DNA from: Octopus sinensis
Lineage: Eukaryota
Assembly: GCF_006345805.1 (NCBI RefSeq)
Contig: NC_043009.1
Coordinates: 53,382,001 to 53,446,000 of the forward strand
Direction: 5' to 3'
Length of the DNA stretch: 64,000 nt
A model generated the notes under the pieces. It made no database searches and was not told the origin of the DNA. It saw only the letters and a program-made list of their open reading frames with translations. The translations under genes were made by a program, and so were the position numbers. The first letter of the stretch is position 1, and each line of letters begins with the position of its first letter. Shown piece by piece: positions 15,012-29,245 of the stretch.

Positions 15012-15671
15012 TATAAGTAGGACATTCCGCAATATGACTAAAGAGGCAATTGGCTGCGAATGAACAGCGTATCTTGTTTAGTCCTGTTTGCCGTTGTCAT
15101 GCTATCGTCCTTTTTTCCGCATATTGTGTTTTCACAGTTTTCGTTTGTTGTGTTTTGTTTCTGTTCTCCCTGTTATATATATGTATGCATGTATGTATGT
15201 ATGTATTATGTATGTATGTATGTATGTATGTATGTATGTATGTATGTATGTATGTATGTATGTATGTGTGTATGTATGTATGTATGTATGTATGTATGTA
15301 TGCATGCATGCATGTATGTATGTATAAAGGTAATCATTGCTATATAAACAGGAGTTTTCAAATGACTGTTTCCTTTCATTGTCTGTATTTATTTTAATAT
15401 ATGTATGCGATTTATGTTCAGTTTGTGGTTGCGCCCATGTTATTTTATGTCTTATGACAGAATTTATTGTATTTTGATATTATCATTCAACTACAGCAGT
15501 AGTTGAATAATATTCTTAAGGCCACAATTTACTCAAACGCATCATCTTTCAGAGCTTGTCGCTTAACATTTTTGAAGATGACTGGTCCCTAGCTACATTT
15601 TGGCATAAAACAATTGAGATTGGATCCAGCAGAGATCAAAATTTTTAGCAATGATAGAAGAAAACATGAAG

Positions 15672-17464
15672 AGATTTACCAACTTCCTGGAAATTTGGTC
15701 AGAAACTTCATGGAAAGTTCCGAGGATTTAATGGAAAGTTCCAGGGTTTCATCCGACTTCCTGGAAAATTGGCCAGAAACTTCATGGAAAGTTCCGAAGA
15801 TTTCATGGAAAGTTCCGGGGATTTCCCCGACTTCCTGGAAAATTGGTCAGAAACTTCATGGACAGTTCCGAGGATTTAATGGAAAGTTCCAGGGATTTCC
15901 CAACTTCCTGAAAATTTGGTCAGAAACTTCATGGAAAGTCCCGAGGATTTAATGGAAATTGGTCAGAAACTTCATGGAAGGTTCCGGGAATTTCCACGAC
16001 TTCCTGGAAAATTGGTCAAAAACTTCATGGAAAGTTCCGAGGATTTCACGGAAACTTCCGGGAATTTCCCCAACTTCCTGGGAAATTGGTCAGGAACTTC
16101 ATGGAAAGTTCCGAGGATTTATTGGAAAGTTCCAGGGATTTCCCCGACTTCCTGGAAAATTGGTCAGAAACTTCATGGAAAGTTCCGAGGATTTCATGGA
16201 AAGTTCCGGGGATCCCCCAATATTCCTGGAAAATTGGTCAGAAACTTCCTGGAAAGTTCCGGGGATTCCCCCAACTTCCTGGAAATTTGGTCAGAAACTT
16301 CGTGGCAAGTTCCGAGGATTTAATGGAAAGTTCCGAGGATTTAATGGAAAGTTCCGAGGATTTAATGGAAAGTTCCGAGGATTTAATGGAAAGTTCCATG
16401 AATTCCCTCGACTTGCTGGAAAACTGACTAGAAACTTCATGGAAAGGTCCGGAGATTTCCCAACTTCCTTGAAATTTAGTCAGAAACTTCATGGAAAGTT
16501 ACGATGATTTAATGGAAAGTTCCGGGGATTCCCCCAACTTCCTGGGAAATTGGTCAGAAACTTCATGGAAAGTTCCGAGGATTTAATGGAAAGTTCCAGG
16601 GATTCACCCGACTTCCTGGAAAATTGGTCAGAAACTTCATGGAAAATTCCGAGGACTTAATGGAAAGTTCAAGGGATTTCCCCGACTTCCTGGAAAATTG
16701 GTCAGAAACTTCATGGAAAGTTCCGAGCATTTCATGGAAAGTTCCAGGAATTTCACCAAATCCTGGAAAACTGACTAGAAACTTCATGGAAAGTTCCGAG
16801 GATTTCATGGAAACTTCCAGGGATTTCCCAGGCTTCCTGGAAAATTGATCCGAAACTTCATGAGAAGTTCCGAGGATTTAATGGAAAGTTCCGGGGATTT
16901 CCATGACTTCCTGGAAAATTGGTCAGAAACTTCCTGGAAAGTTCCGGGGATTCCCCCAACTTCCGGGAAATTTGGTCAGAAACTTCATGGAAAGTTTCGA
17001 GGATTTAATTGAAAGTTCCAGGGCTTTCCCCCATTTCCTGGAAAATTGGTCAGAAACTTCATGGAAATTTCCGAGTATTTCATGGAATGTTCCGGAGATT
17101 CCCCCAACTTCCTGGAAAATTGATCGGAAACTTCATGGAAAGTTCCGAGGATTTCATGGAAAGGTCCGGAGATTTCCTAACTTCCTGGAAATTTGGTCAG
17201 AAAATTCATGGAAAGGTCCGGCGATTGCCAACTTTCCAGAAAATATCTCGGAAACCTCCTGTAATGTTCCAGGATTTCATGGAAAGTTCCGGGGATTTTC
17301 CAACTTCATTGAAAATTTGGTAGGAAATTTCATGGGAATTTCTGAGGATTTCATGGAAAGTTCCGCGGATTTCCCAACTTGTTGGACACTTGGTTGGAAA
17401 CTTCAAGGAAAGTTCCGATGATTTCATGGATAGTTCCGGGGATTCCCTCAACTTCCTGGAAAAT
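15672..17464. repeat. Minisatellite array, ~74-bp unit with a 21-bp subunit, ~24 degenerate units
   Basis: Unit ggaaaattggtcagaaacttcatggaaagttccgaggatttcatggaaagttccggggatttccccgacttcct. A run of the 21-bp subunit aagttccgaggatttaatgga lies at ~16305-16400. Confidence 0.95.
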
Positions 17465-17509
17465 ATCGCTTATAGCGATTAGGCCACGTCCGAGTTATTG
17501 TTAATTGAC

Positions 17510-17965
17510 AATTCGCTTTCAAGGGCTCGACCGTTAGTCGAGAGTTCTACTGCGATGGTTTGAATCGTTCGAAGGAAGACATTCAACCAGATCTGTGGAA
17601 CGTGAAGAACTGGATTCTTCACGACGACAATGCCTCCGAGTTCTCACTCGTCAGTTTCGCGTCATAAAACATTGTATCACTTCCGTAACTGTCCTGTTTA
17701 CCAGTCCAGTACCTTGCGACTTCCACCTCTTCTCCAAGAGGAAAATACAGCTCAAAGGTCGCTGTTACAACATCATTGTTGAGATCCAGAACGAATCGCA
17801 GAATGTACTCGGAAATCGACTTCCAGACCGCTTTCCAAAAGAGGCAGTAACCGGTGTATTGTTACGCAAGGTGACTATTTTGAAGGAGATGATGTGAAAA
17901 CTTAAATAAATAAGTTAATTTTTATTAAACATATCCAGTCCAGAAACTTCTTCATACATGTCATA
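17510..17965 (+). mobile_element. mariner transposase 3' relic with right TIR
   Basis: NWILHDDNA, PVPCDFHLFSKRKIQLKGR and GDYFEGD motifs; terminal ccagtccagaaacttcttcatacatgtcata. Confidence 0.85.
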
Positions 17966-18189
17966 TATGCAAATATATAAATACACACGCACCCTACCCC
18001 ATACGCACATATTTGTTTATACCATACAGATCCACATTTCTCCAAAGAAACACTTTTGAAATATTGCCAATGTGCATTCGTTTCAATTCGTCCTCTGTAT
18101 TTTGAACATCATTTATTCTTATATACTACTGCTTGTATTGATTAGCAACGATTTCTATCTCTTTCTGTCTCTCTCTCCCTCTCTCTTTG

Positions 18190-18251
<62 letters not shown>

Positions 18252-18825
18252 ATGTGTGTGTGTGTATGTGTCTGTGTCTGTATGCATACATATATACTAC
18301 AATATATATGTATATATGTGTGTTATAAATTCAATCGAGAAAAAAACGAACTCAAAGACGTTGCTAAAGTACGAAGAGAAAAAGAAAGAAATTCGGAGAA
18401 CAAGAAGATTGAGCAGAATACGAAGAAGCAGGAAGAGAAATGGCAGGTGAGTTAAAGTTAAGAGATTCCTTGAAATTTTATTGAATATATTAAATGAAAT
18501 AACCGAAGCATATGTTATAGACATTCCAGATGCAATGAATGTTATGAATGTGGGACAATCTTGTTTAGAGATCATTGCAAATAGCTGAATCTGGCAGCTC
18601 GTTAAAAGGGAAGAAAAGAGAAGGCACAGACATATCGAGCTTCTTTTTCTTTCATTCGATGACAAGCAGCCTGTGTTAAGCGATGATATATATATATATA
18701 TCATCCACTCTCAAAATGACAAAATCAATCAACAGAGACGCATACATATCACACACATAAATGTACAAAAACATATCTTTAGAAATATGTATATTGTACT
18801 TTAATTATATCTTTAAATATAGTAC

Positions 18826-19310
<485 letters not shown>

Positions 19311-19320
19311 TATATATATT

Positions 19321-19534
19321 CTTTTATTCTTTTATTTGTTTCAGTCATTTGACTGCGGCCATGATGGAGCACTGCCTGAAAGGGATTCAGTCGGAGATAT
19401 TGATCCTAGGACTTATTGTTTTTAAGCCTAAGGTTTGTGCTACCGGTCTCTTTGGTCGAACCGCTAGATTATGAGACCGTAAACGCACCGACTTCAGTTG
19501 TCAAGCGATGGTTGGGAGACACACGCACACACAC

Positions 19535-19590
<56 letters not shown>

Positions 19591-19745
19591 GACAGGTTTC
19601 TTTCAGTTTCCGTTTACCAAATCTACTTGCAAATCTTTGGTCGTTCTGAGGTTATAGTAGATAACAGCTGCCCAAGTTGCTACGCAGTGGGACTGAACCC
19701 GAAAACATGTGGTTCCGAAGCAAGCTTCTTACCACACAGCCACTA
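19321..19745 (-). mobile_element. SINE family A, tail-to-tail with the previous copy
   Basis: Reverse-complement match to the family. Confidence 0.88.
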
Positions 19746-19918
19746 TTCCGTGGCAAAAACAATGTACGAGACTTTGACAATTTTTGATATCCTAGCTTCT
19801 GAAGCAGCTGGAGCTACGATAGTTTGACCAACAGTATCGGCTATTGCAACCAAGAATAAATATTGAAAAAAACTCATTCAGCCAAATTTGGATATACCAC
19901 ATTCTAAACTTATAGCAA

Positions 19919-19965
<47 letters not shown>

Positions 19966-20170
19966 CTTAATCATATCAAAGGGAAATGGAAATTAAATAA
20001 AATTTCCATTTCCAGTAGCCTAACGTGTAAATATTTAGTCCAAAGACTATGTATTAGTCATAAAATACAGTGTACATTTAAACATATGAGGAATCCACTC
20101 GTGGGATTCAACACGCTAGAAAGAACAGCTAGGTTCCATAACCACAAAATTAGAGATAAAACTCGACAGG

Positions 20171-20263
<93 letters not shown>

Positions 20264-20344
20264 CAACATGTGATCTCTTGAGCACCACCAGCAAAAAAAT
20301 TCTTTTCCTCTGTCTTCCCTTCTCGGGATCTTTCCTTCTCCTTT

Positions 20345-20379
20345 GTTTCCGACGAAGAGCTCCGCTCGAAACGTTAAAC
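20345..20379 (+). ncRNA. Minimal type I hammerhead ribozyme motif (U4C variant) in a probable PLE terminal fragment (~20270-20497)
   Basis: gttt-CCGACGA-a-gagc(tcc)gctc-GAAAC-GUU-aaac: 4-bp stem I, 4-bp stem II, palindromic ACGU in place of stem III. Confidence 0.6.
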
Positions 20380-20483
20380 CCTCCTTCCCTTCTTTCCTGA
20401 GCGTCAAATAATACTTTAATTGTTCCACGTCCTCGCGTTGCCGTGTTTTTTTTTGTTTTTTTTCTGTGTTTTCTTGTTTGGAT

Positions 20484-20547
<64 letters not shown>

Positions 20548-21019
20548 GTGGCTTTAACGATAAATTAATATATAATCCCTCTAATAATAATCAAAATATT
20601 GATAATAGTGGCACCAAATAGAAAGTAATAGGCAACCCCTCTAGTATAAATCACGATATATATTAATCAGTATATATATATATATATATATATATACTAA
20701 GCAATAAGGGTTTAGCAACGAGTTGCCTTACCACATACCGAATTTAGAAATAGCAGTCAAAGGGTTATAGCTATTTCTTCTACAAAAAAGGGAGATCTCA
20801 GTAAAAACAGCATTTGGCATTTGGTAACAGATAGTATATATATATATATACTATCCGAAGTTTATAGTACTAAGTATCCATCATGGCTTGTCTTACCGAT
20901 CGGTTTTGCGCATGCAAAAAGCTCACATACGTACATGTGTCTGTACTAGCATAAATACTCAATATTTTAATTAACCTCTTTACCATTGGCGTACAACCTG
21001 AAATTGTGAGGAGGAGGAG

Positions 21020-21172
21020 GATAGTTGATCGCATCGATCAGAATTTTTGCCTGGTACTTATTTCATCGACCCTGGAAGAATGAAAGGCAAGTTCAAATTC
21101 GGTGTAATTTGAACATAAAAAACGGGTGAAATGCCGCTAAGAATTTTGTTCGGCATGTAAACGATTTTGCCT
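21020..21172 (-). mobile_element. SINE family C (Deu/Nin-like central domain), diverged
   Basis: ctggtacttatttcatcgaccctggaagaatgaaaggcaag matches the reverse complement of the family core gcctttcatcctttcggggtcgataaattaagtaccag. Confidence 0.7.
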
Positions 21173-21409
21173 TTCTCAATATTTTAGTAATGAGATGTAA
21201 AGCGGTGAGTTGGCAGAAACGTTAGCACACCGGGCGGAATGCTTAGCGATCGTGAGTCGATTATTCAAACCATCAAGCCACGCGCCTTCCCATACACATG
21301 CATAATACATAGAGAAGGCAGACAAACATACTTACAGAGATACTTAGATACAACTATGCACACACATACATGTATATATGTAAATATGTACATATACTGA
21401 TTTTTTTTT

Positions 21410-21686
21410 TCCTTCTCGAGCCACGCTTGGCTCATAGGCCGGGTTTCCCGTTTTCCTTGGCGTATAGGTTCCCCACCTGGACGGAACACCAATATATGCA
21501 GGAGGAAAGAGTGAGAGAAAGTTGTGGCGAAAGAGTCAGCAGAAGTTCGCCATTACCTTCTGCCGGCGTCGCGTGGAGCTTAGGTGTTTCGCTCATAAAC
21601 ACACACATCATCCGGTCTGAGATTCGAACCCGTGAACCCTCAGTCTGCGAGTCCACTGCTCTAACCACTAGGAATTGTACCTCCAC
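21410..21686 (-). mobile_element. SINE family B, tail type 3
   Basis: Reverse complement aligns end to end with 50108-50400. Confidence 0.85.
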
Positions 21687-21688
21687 AT

Positions 21689-21771
<83 letters not shown>

Positions 21772-24435
21772 TACACACATACACATACATACACACATAC
21801 ACACAAACACACACACACACAGACACACACACACACATACATATGTAAATACGTGCAAATACATATACATACATAAACAGACAGACAAGGAAACACACAT
21901 ACATATACACGCACGCATGCGCGCTCACACACACACACGCGCACACACATGAATGTGCGTATGTATGTATTTTGAAATAAGCGTTTAAAAACTGGGAGAA
22001 ACGATTTTAATGTAAATTACTCAGTAATATACAATATTGGTTTAAGCAATTACATGTCACGTTAAGTGTTAACATTTTAAAATATATATGCGTGCATATG
22101 TGCGTGCTTGTGTGAGTGTGTGTGTGTGTGTGCGTGTGCTCGCGCCTGTATGTGTGCATATATCTGTTTCGATATGAGTGTCTCAGTTTAAAAATATATT
22201 AAATTAACATAATACTAAATTCATCGCTTAATATTCTGTTGTTATTTGTTATGTTCATAATTCTAGCAATTTCGACAAAGTTCGAAAAATCTAAACACAA
22301 ACACATACAAACACGTACTCACACATACTAAAATGTATACGCTTGTACGTTGCTAATATTTTGTGCTTTAAAACACAGAATCTCTTTCTGTCTCAAACAC
22401 AGTCACGAACACACATTTACACACATAGTTGTGTGCATGTAATTATTATAGTGCAGGCAGAAATGCTTGAGATAGACATGAAAATGTCTGACATTAAGAA
22501 GACATATATGGTCTTGAAATTTCACAATATCACCATCACTAATATTAATAGCTACTTCAAAAATAAGTACGCAGTTTGTACAAATTAATGCTGACTTTGT
22601 AATAACGACAAATACTTTATCCTCACTCAGATAACAACCAGATTATAGGGGAGAATAATTTTAAATTCTTAAAGTCACTATAGATTTAAATTGAGCGCAT
22701 CAAAACAGGAACTCAGTTCTAGTGAAGGAGGTAGACCGGAAATAAAGAAAATGATGGACAAACATAACCTGTAGATAAGACACATATCTACACACATATA
22801 TTCTCATGTATACACACATGCATATACACGTAATTTTACAAGTGGTCCAATGTTGTTTCAGCAAATGTTTCAGCTAAAGTTCATTACACAATTTAGGCTT
22901 CAGAAAATGTGAAATTCTGTCTATTTATAATGGCTTCGGAAGAAAAGGGAATAGTGTTGGAACTAGAGAGATAAGTAAAATTTAAACTGGTACTAAGGAG
23001 AAGGAAAAAAAGGAAGTTAAGGTAAAGGTGAGAAAATTTTTGAAGTGCAATAGGAAGAGTAGTAAGAGGAGAAAAGAATGAATCACACCGGAGTTAGTAG
23101 ATAAAGGAGGATAACGGGACTTAGGGTTATAAGTAAAACGCATTAGTATCACTGAGGGGAGTGACAAGGAGAAGGGAGGGAGGAGTTGGTGATAATGTTA
23201 TGGACAGCGCATGAGGAGGTGATTTTGTAAGGCTGAATACGGAACGTAGATCAAGACTTCGAAGCACATATAACCACTTGCGATAAATAAATACGTTTAT
23301 GAATTTGTGTTGCAATATTCCTGATGTGAAACCGCGTGTTAAAACAGATATTGTTATATCTTGGGATGGTCATTTTTTTTTGCCAAATAAACACACGCAC
23401 TATATATTTCTTCTTCCCTCGTATATTATTGGTCTAATTTTGACTCATCTCCTTTGACCGGAAATCTTTCTTCGCACATCTGCGACCTACATTGAATGGA
23501 CTAAGCAGAGCAGGATCATACATGATGAAGGAAAGCGTTGCTGAATAGGTCCCAGATGTGTGACGAAAGAACTCTGGACGATGGACAGATTAAATAAAAA
23601 CGGTAATAAACGAGTGAAGAACAAATTTATAATGCGTTTGTTTATTTGGCACACCCCCCCCAAAAAAACCCGGCCATCCCGAAATATAATCACTCGTGAT
23701 GAATAATTAGTTATGGTGAAAGACGTATATGGAAAGTAGAGAAATGTTAAATTGGGTTTTGATCCAAATGTTACATGGTGTGCAAATTGTAAGCGATTTG
23801 GACGGCTCATGACGGCTCATGATGATAAAAGTTAATTTGGAGATTAGTACTAAATCATCTGAGACAGCCTGTGGTTCTATGATACAAGCTTCCTGTATCA
23901 AGTCATCAAAATGTAAATTTAACTTCAAAATTTCTTGCTAATTTATGGTCTAGGCACTAATTATTTTGCTAGATTCATTATAAATTTCATAGCTATTTAA
24001 AATAAAAGCAATAATTCTCTACAGAAATATAATAAGAGGATTAAATATATCAGTTTTCCATCTTCAAATAGGCTGAGCAGTCGGGGTATATTTCCGTTGG
24101 ATCTACTTCAGTAATTCCGAATTGTTAGTTGAGATAATAATACTTTCTTAAGTAACAACAAGATAGATAGTACTATTAATCTTTATTTTGTACAAAGGTC
24201 GTTTCAACCCATCCTGCTACTGTCTTTTATGGGTGGGACTCCTTTCAACATGTGTTGCATCAATTTTACAGTCGGGGTTTCATCAGGTACATCTACACAT
24301 AAAGGTTTGTGTCTCACTAAAGAGACTCAATCATGTTGTTATATGACCGTCTGGTTAGGGAAGGAAGCATCACTATAATTTTCAATTACTATTCTCTATT
24401 TTCAATAGGAGCTGAAAACACTTGTAAATATATAT

Positions 24436-24646
24436 TTCTTTATTGCCCACAAGGAGCTAAACACAGAGGGGGGACAAACAAGGACAGACAAAGGGGTTAA
24501 GTCGATTACATCGACCCTCCCAGTGCGAAACTGGTACTTTATTTATCGACCCCGAAAGGATGAAAGGCAAAGTCGACCTCGGCGGAATTTGAACTCAGAA
24601 CGTAACGACACACGAAATACTGCTAAGCATTTCGCCCGGCACGCTA
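24436..24646 (-). mobile_element. SINE family C, lacking the first ~20 bp of the head
   Basis: Reverse complement aligns with 50729-50960. Confidence 0.9.
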
Positions 24647-24732
24647 GACAAATAATTGTTGATATATAGAAAGATATTACACATATGTACACACACACAC
24701 ATGTAACTACAGTCATTCATTATGTTACTTAC

Positions 24733-24883
24733 TTGAGGCTGCGATTGTACAAATTGAATGCCAGAAAGAATATAGCCATCGAAACACCAACGATGCATAG
24801 AGCACAGACTGTGTAAAATGCTGTGGGATGTATAGCTTTTAATTTCATAACAATTATATTCTTGTCATAGGGTACACGGCGTC
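24733..24883 (-). CDS. GABA-B-R3: GABA-B receptor exon, 151 bp, phase 1-2, stalk plus TM1
   Basis: gtatttctag|GACGCCGT...AGCCTCAA|gtaagt. Encodes (G)RRVPYDKNIIVMKLKAIHPTAFYTVCALCIVGVSMAIFFLAFNLYNRSL(K), a hydrophobic TM1 ending in FLAFNL. Confidence 0.95.
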
Positions 24884-25066
24884 CTAGAAATACACGCAAA
24901 AACATACATATAAATATACATATAAATATACATATGCATAAATTACATTTATAAATACACTATACATATAAACTGACAAATACATACATACATACATACA
25001 TACATACATGTTTGCATACATACACACACACACATACATACATACATACATACATACATACATACA

Positions 25067-25099
<33 letters not shown>

Positions 25100-25159
25100 G
25101 TTTGCAAGCATGCAGAGCAATGTCTCTCGCAAAGTAGAAAATGATGACAATATTAACAT

Positions 25160-25365
25160 GAAGGCGGCAAATGGTAGAATCGTTAACCTGTCGTGAGTAT
25201 GCTTAGCGACATTTTGTCCGCCTTTACATTCATAATTTAAATGCCATCGCCGTCTATTTTGCCTTTCCTAATTCCGTGGAAATATGTACCAGATGAATAC
25301 TGTAGCCAATGTGATTGATTTATTCCTCTCCCGAAATTGCTGGCCTTCTGCTAAAATCTGAAACC
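25160..25365 (+). mobile_element. SINE family C, old diverged copy
   Basis: aaggcggcaaatggtagaatcgttaac...ttttgcctttcc...gtaccag keeps the family's motif order. Confidence 0.6.
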
Positions 25366-25404
25366 AATATTAATTTGAACTGAAGCCTTGTTTGGTCTCT
25401 TGGC

Positions 25405-26395
25405 CGGTACACTACGTTACGTAATGAAAGCTACGCTTTCGCAATGCTAGGGCAGAAAATATCTGCAAAATATCTTATGAACAAGCAGGACTCTGAAGTA
25501 CTCAAACTTCCAAGACGCAACTATAATTAACAATTATGTACATCTTCAGTAGAAGTCACAACACAAGTTGTCCAACATTGTCTATGTGGGACAACCTCCT
25601 ACTATGGCAAGGCGTTGCTGCAAAATAGATCTCAAGTTATGTTCTACTGAGGATCCCACACAAAGGGCGAAATAGCGCTATCTACAACTGCTCGGATATT
25701 TAGGTAGAAGAAAATGATTATATGAACATAGTATTTAATAAGTTCTCTCACTCATAAGACCTCTCATAATAATAATAATAATAATAAAACGAAAAATTTT
25801 AAACCCTGAAGTGGTTCTCTCCGATTAAAGGGAATCTTCATCCTCTCTTCTGTTTCGTAATAAATTCTCTCATTCTCCCACTCTTACACCGAAAACAAAT
25901 GTAGATAGCAGAACGAATAGTCTCCAATCAAGATTTTTCCAAATATAAAATATCATCCGCTGGAAAGAAACTTTCACGGGATAAATATAAGCAACACCTC
26001 TGCTATAGAGTACATACATAGCAGTATAAATTATATTGATACGGCATTAACTCCAAATCTTCTGGCAATTGAAAATATAACAGACCTGATATAGTTCTTT
26101 GGAATGGAAAAGAATAATCATTTACAGCCATTATGTACATCTCTTTGAAGACAAAGAGAAGCCTATCTAAGGACAACTGCAAGAAAACCTACCAATATTT
26201 ACCCTGATTATAACTTTACTTTCATACCAGTAACCATTGAGGTACTCGGTTTTGTTAGAATATATCTTAGCCACAAGTTGGAGAAGTTAGGATTTTAAAG
26301 CAAAGAAAGAGACCGACTATCACGAAGTTTACAAATACAGAGTGTAAGGGGAATAAAAAAATTATGCAAGTCATTCTCTTAAATTTTGATATGTA
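25405..26395 (+). mobile_element. Restriction-like-endonuclease (R4/NeSL-type) non-LTR retrotransposon, C-terminal relic
   Basis: ESYAFAMLGQKISAKYLMNK, RPDIVLW and YPDYNFTFIPVTIEVLGFV...LEKLGF motifs, with stops and frameshifts. Confidence 0.7.
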
Positions 26396-26669
26396 ACAAT
26401 TATGTTGTTATCCGAGCTCTCCAATCATACAGTTTTTTTTTCTTTGTTAAAAACCAGCTCTCTCCTAAAAGTAATGATAAGAAAAAAACCCACATATATA
26501 GATACAAATTAATCTATGACGCCCATTATTATACTTAACACTAGACACACGCACCCCACTCATGCACACGCTTGCAGAGGTGTTATTACACCGAGCTTTA
26601 GGATTCAGATTATTAAAACAAGCTTTTGAATGATAGGCAAGTAATATGTACAGATGTATGTAAGTGTGT

Positions 26670-27050
<381 letters not shown>

Positions 27051-27282
27051 TATAGATACGTGCGTATGTCGATATTTATATATAGTCATATATTTAATTA
27101 TGTGTATATATATATATACACAATTAAATATATGAATATACATAAATATGGACATACGCACACAGAAACCCACCCAATATAATAGCATACGCTAAATCTG
27201 TTTTGCGCTCTCTCTTTCTCTCTTTCTTTTTCTATCTATATACATATGTGTGTGTATGTGTGTGTGTGCATGTGTGTGTGTT

Positions 27283-27322
<40 letters not shown>

Positions 27323-27333
27323 CAAGCTAATCT

Positions 27334-27373
<40 letters not shown>

Positions 27374-28194
27374 CAAGCTAATCTAAAATTAATACGGTCA
27401 TCGATTTAAAGTAATTCGATCAACTGAATAAGTCTGTAATTTGATCATATAAACCATAGTTTCTTATCCGCAGTTTGATGACGATGATGATGATGATGAC
27501 GAAGACAACGACGAAGACGATGATGACGATGATAACCATTACGACGATATTCATCATTACAACGACGATGACAACGATGGTATTACAGTCGTTGTCAGTG
27601 TTGATTAAATCTTTGGATTCTTTCCGTTCTGTATAAAATTTCATTATAAATTAAGGTTAAGACCAACGAGAAGCGTTATATAAAATCGCATTTCACATAT
27701 TGATTTCTGTTAACAATATCTTTAACTAATGGACTGGATCTAGAAATGAAAAATGAACCCAAGGAAATTTAATATATCGGATATCACTGATTAAAATAAA
27801 AATAAATAAATAAATAAACGGAAGAATTGCAAAAAACACGAAGTATTTCAGTTCAGTTTTAAAATATAATTTTGATATTAGTTATATTAATTCTTTTGTT
27901 ATATCCATTCAAGATAAAGGTGTGTGTGTTTGCATGTGAGTGTGTGTGAGAGAGTAGAGGGTACGTTAGTATGAAAATTTGGAAACTGAATTTATAATTT
28001 GTAATTATAATTGTATTTTGCTGTATTGTTTGCGGAATGCTGACCTAAGAACTCGCATCTCTCTTTAAAAATCCACTTCAAGTGAACGTGGTTGTTGGTT
28101 TTGATTTGTAATTCATTAAATCATATCAAATTGCAAATAGTTGCATAAATACACCAAAGCGCCATATTATTTATTCATTTATTTCTTTAGTTAA

Positions 28195-28512
28195 AGACTC
28201 CGCCGGTTACGACGACGAGGGTCCCAGCTGATACGATCAACGGAACAGCTTGCTCGTGAAATTAACGTGCAAATGGCCGAGCATTCCACAGACACGTGTA
28301 CCCTTAACGTAGTTCTCGGGGGAAAATCAGCGTGACACAGAGAGTGACAAGGCTGACCCTTGAAATACAAGTACCTCATTTTTGCCAGCTGAGTGGACTG
28401 GAGCAACGTGAAATAAAGTGTCTTGCTCAGGGACACAACGCGTCGCTGGGAATCGAACTCACAACCTTACGATCATGAGCCGAATGCCCTAACCACTAAG
28501 CCACGCGCCCTC
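28195..28512 (-). mobile_element. tRNA-derived SINE with tail type 2 and a different central domain
   Basis: The 3' ~180 bp match 35615-35993. The centre ctgagcaagacactttatttcacgttgctccagtccactcagctggc differs. Confidence 0.85.
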
Positions 28513-28669
28513 ACCATTTCTTTAGTTAGTAAGTCATTGAATCGTTGATTAATGATATGAATTGCTTGATGATAGATAAATTTATTCATTATATGGGGTA
28601 ATATTTCGGTTCAAAACCTGAGTTTGATTAAAAGAGGGGAAGAAATGAGAGACATATAGAGATCTATTG

Positions 28670-28880
28670 TCTTTTATTTATTTCAGTCCTTTTACTGTGG
28701 CCATGCTGGGGTACAACAACGAACCATTTAGTCGCACAAATCACTTCATATTTCTTTTAACGTTTGCAGCTTAATTTATCCGACATTTCTGTCGATCCAC
28801 AAAGTTACGGGGGCGTAAACATTATCAACATAAAGATTATCAAGAATTCGTAGGAGGAATACACAAATATACAAACACTG

Positions 28881-28911
<31 letters not shown>

Positions 28912-29120
28912 TACACACACATATATGACGTCCTTCCACAGAGATTCCATCTACCAAATTCAACGCGGGGTGATACGTCGGACTGGGACTATAATAAAAG
29001 AGGCTAATAACGTAAAATAAAGTGTCTTGCTCAAGAACCCAACACGCAGCCCGGTCTGGATTCGAAGTCACAACCTCACGGTCGTAAGGTCGCCGCTCTG
29101 ACCACTGAGTCATGCGCCTG
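28670..29120 (-). mobile_element. Old SINE related to family A
   Basis: Degenerate tail, internal (CA)n and tRNA-like head. Confidence 0.65.
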
Positions 29121-29184
29121 TACACACACATATATATGTATACATATATACATACATACATACATATATATATTATATATATAT

Positions 29185-29245
<61 letters not shown>

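Noticed and set aside
15614-17451. Overlapping 80-180 aa ORFs with repeated WKVP/GKFRGF/FMESSED motifs
   Set aside because: The ~74-bp unit is not a multiple of three and has few stops, so all plus frames look open; no single frame is maintained.
15672-17464. CRISPR-like or prokaryotic interpretation of the repeats
   Set aside because: No unique spacers and no prokaryotic genes; the context is a spliced eukaryotic gene.
18297-18704. Minus ORF with a TM1-like stretch (SGMSITYASVISFNIFNK) and a plus-strand cag|gtgagt at ~18447
   Set aside because: No usable donor after the stretch, the true TM1 exon is at 24733-24883, and the plus frame has stops.
20898-20996. Apparent minus-strand exon (tttcag|GTTGTACG...CGATCG|gtaaga)
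   Set aside because: The acceptor lies in a SINE tail, it has the wrong phase for the next expected exon, and the peptide has no GABA-B similarity.
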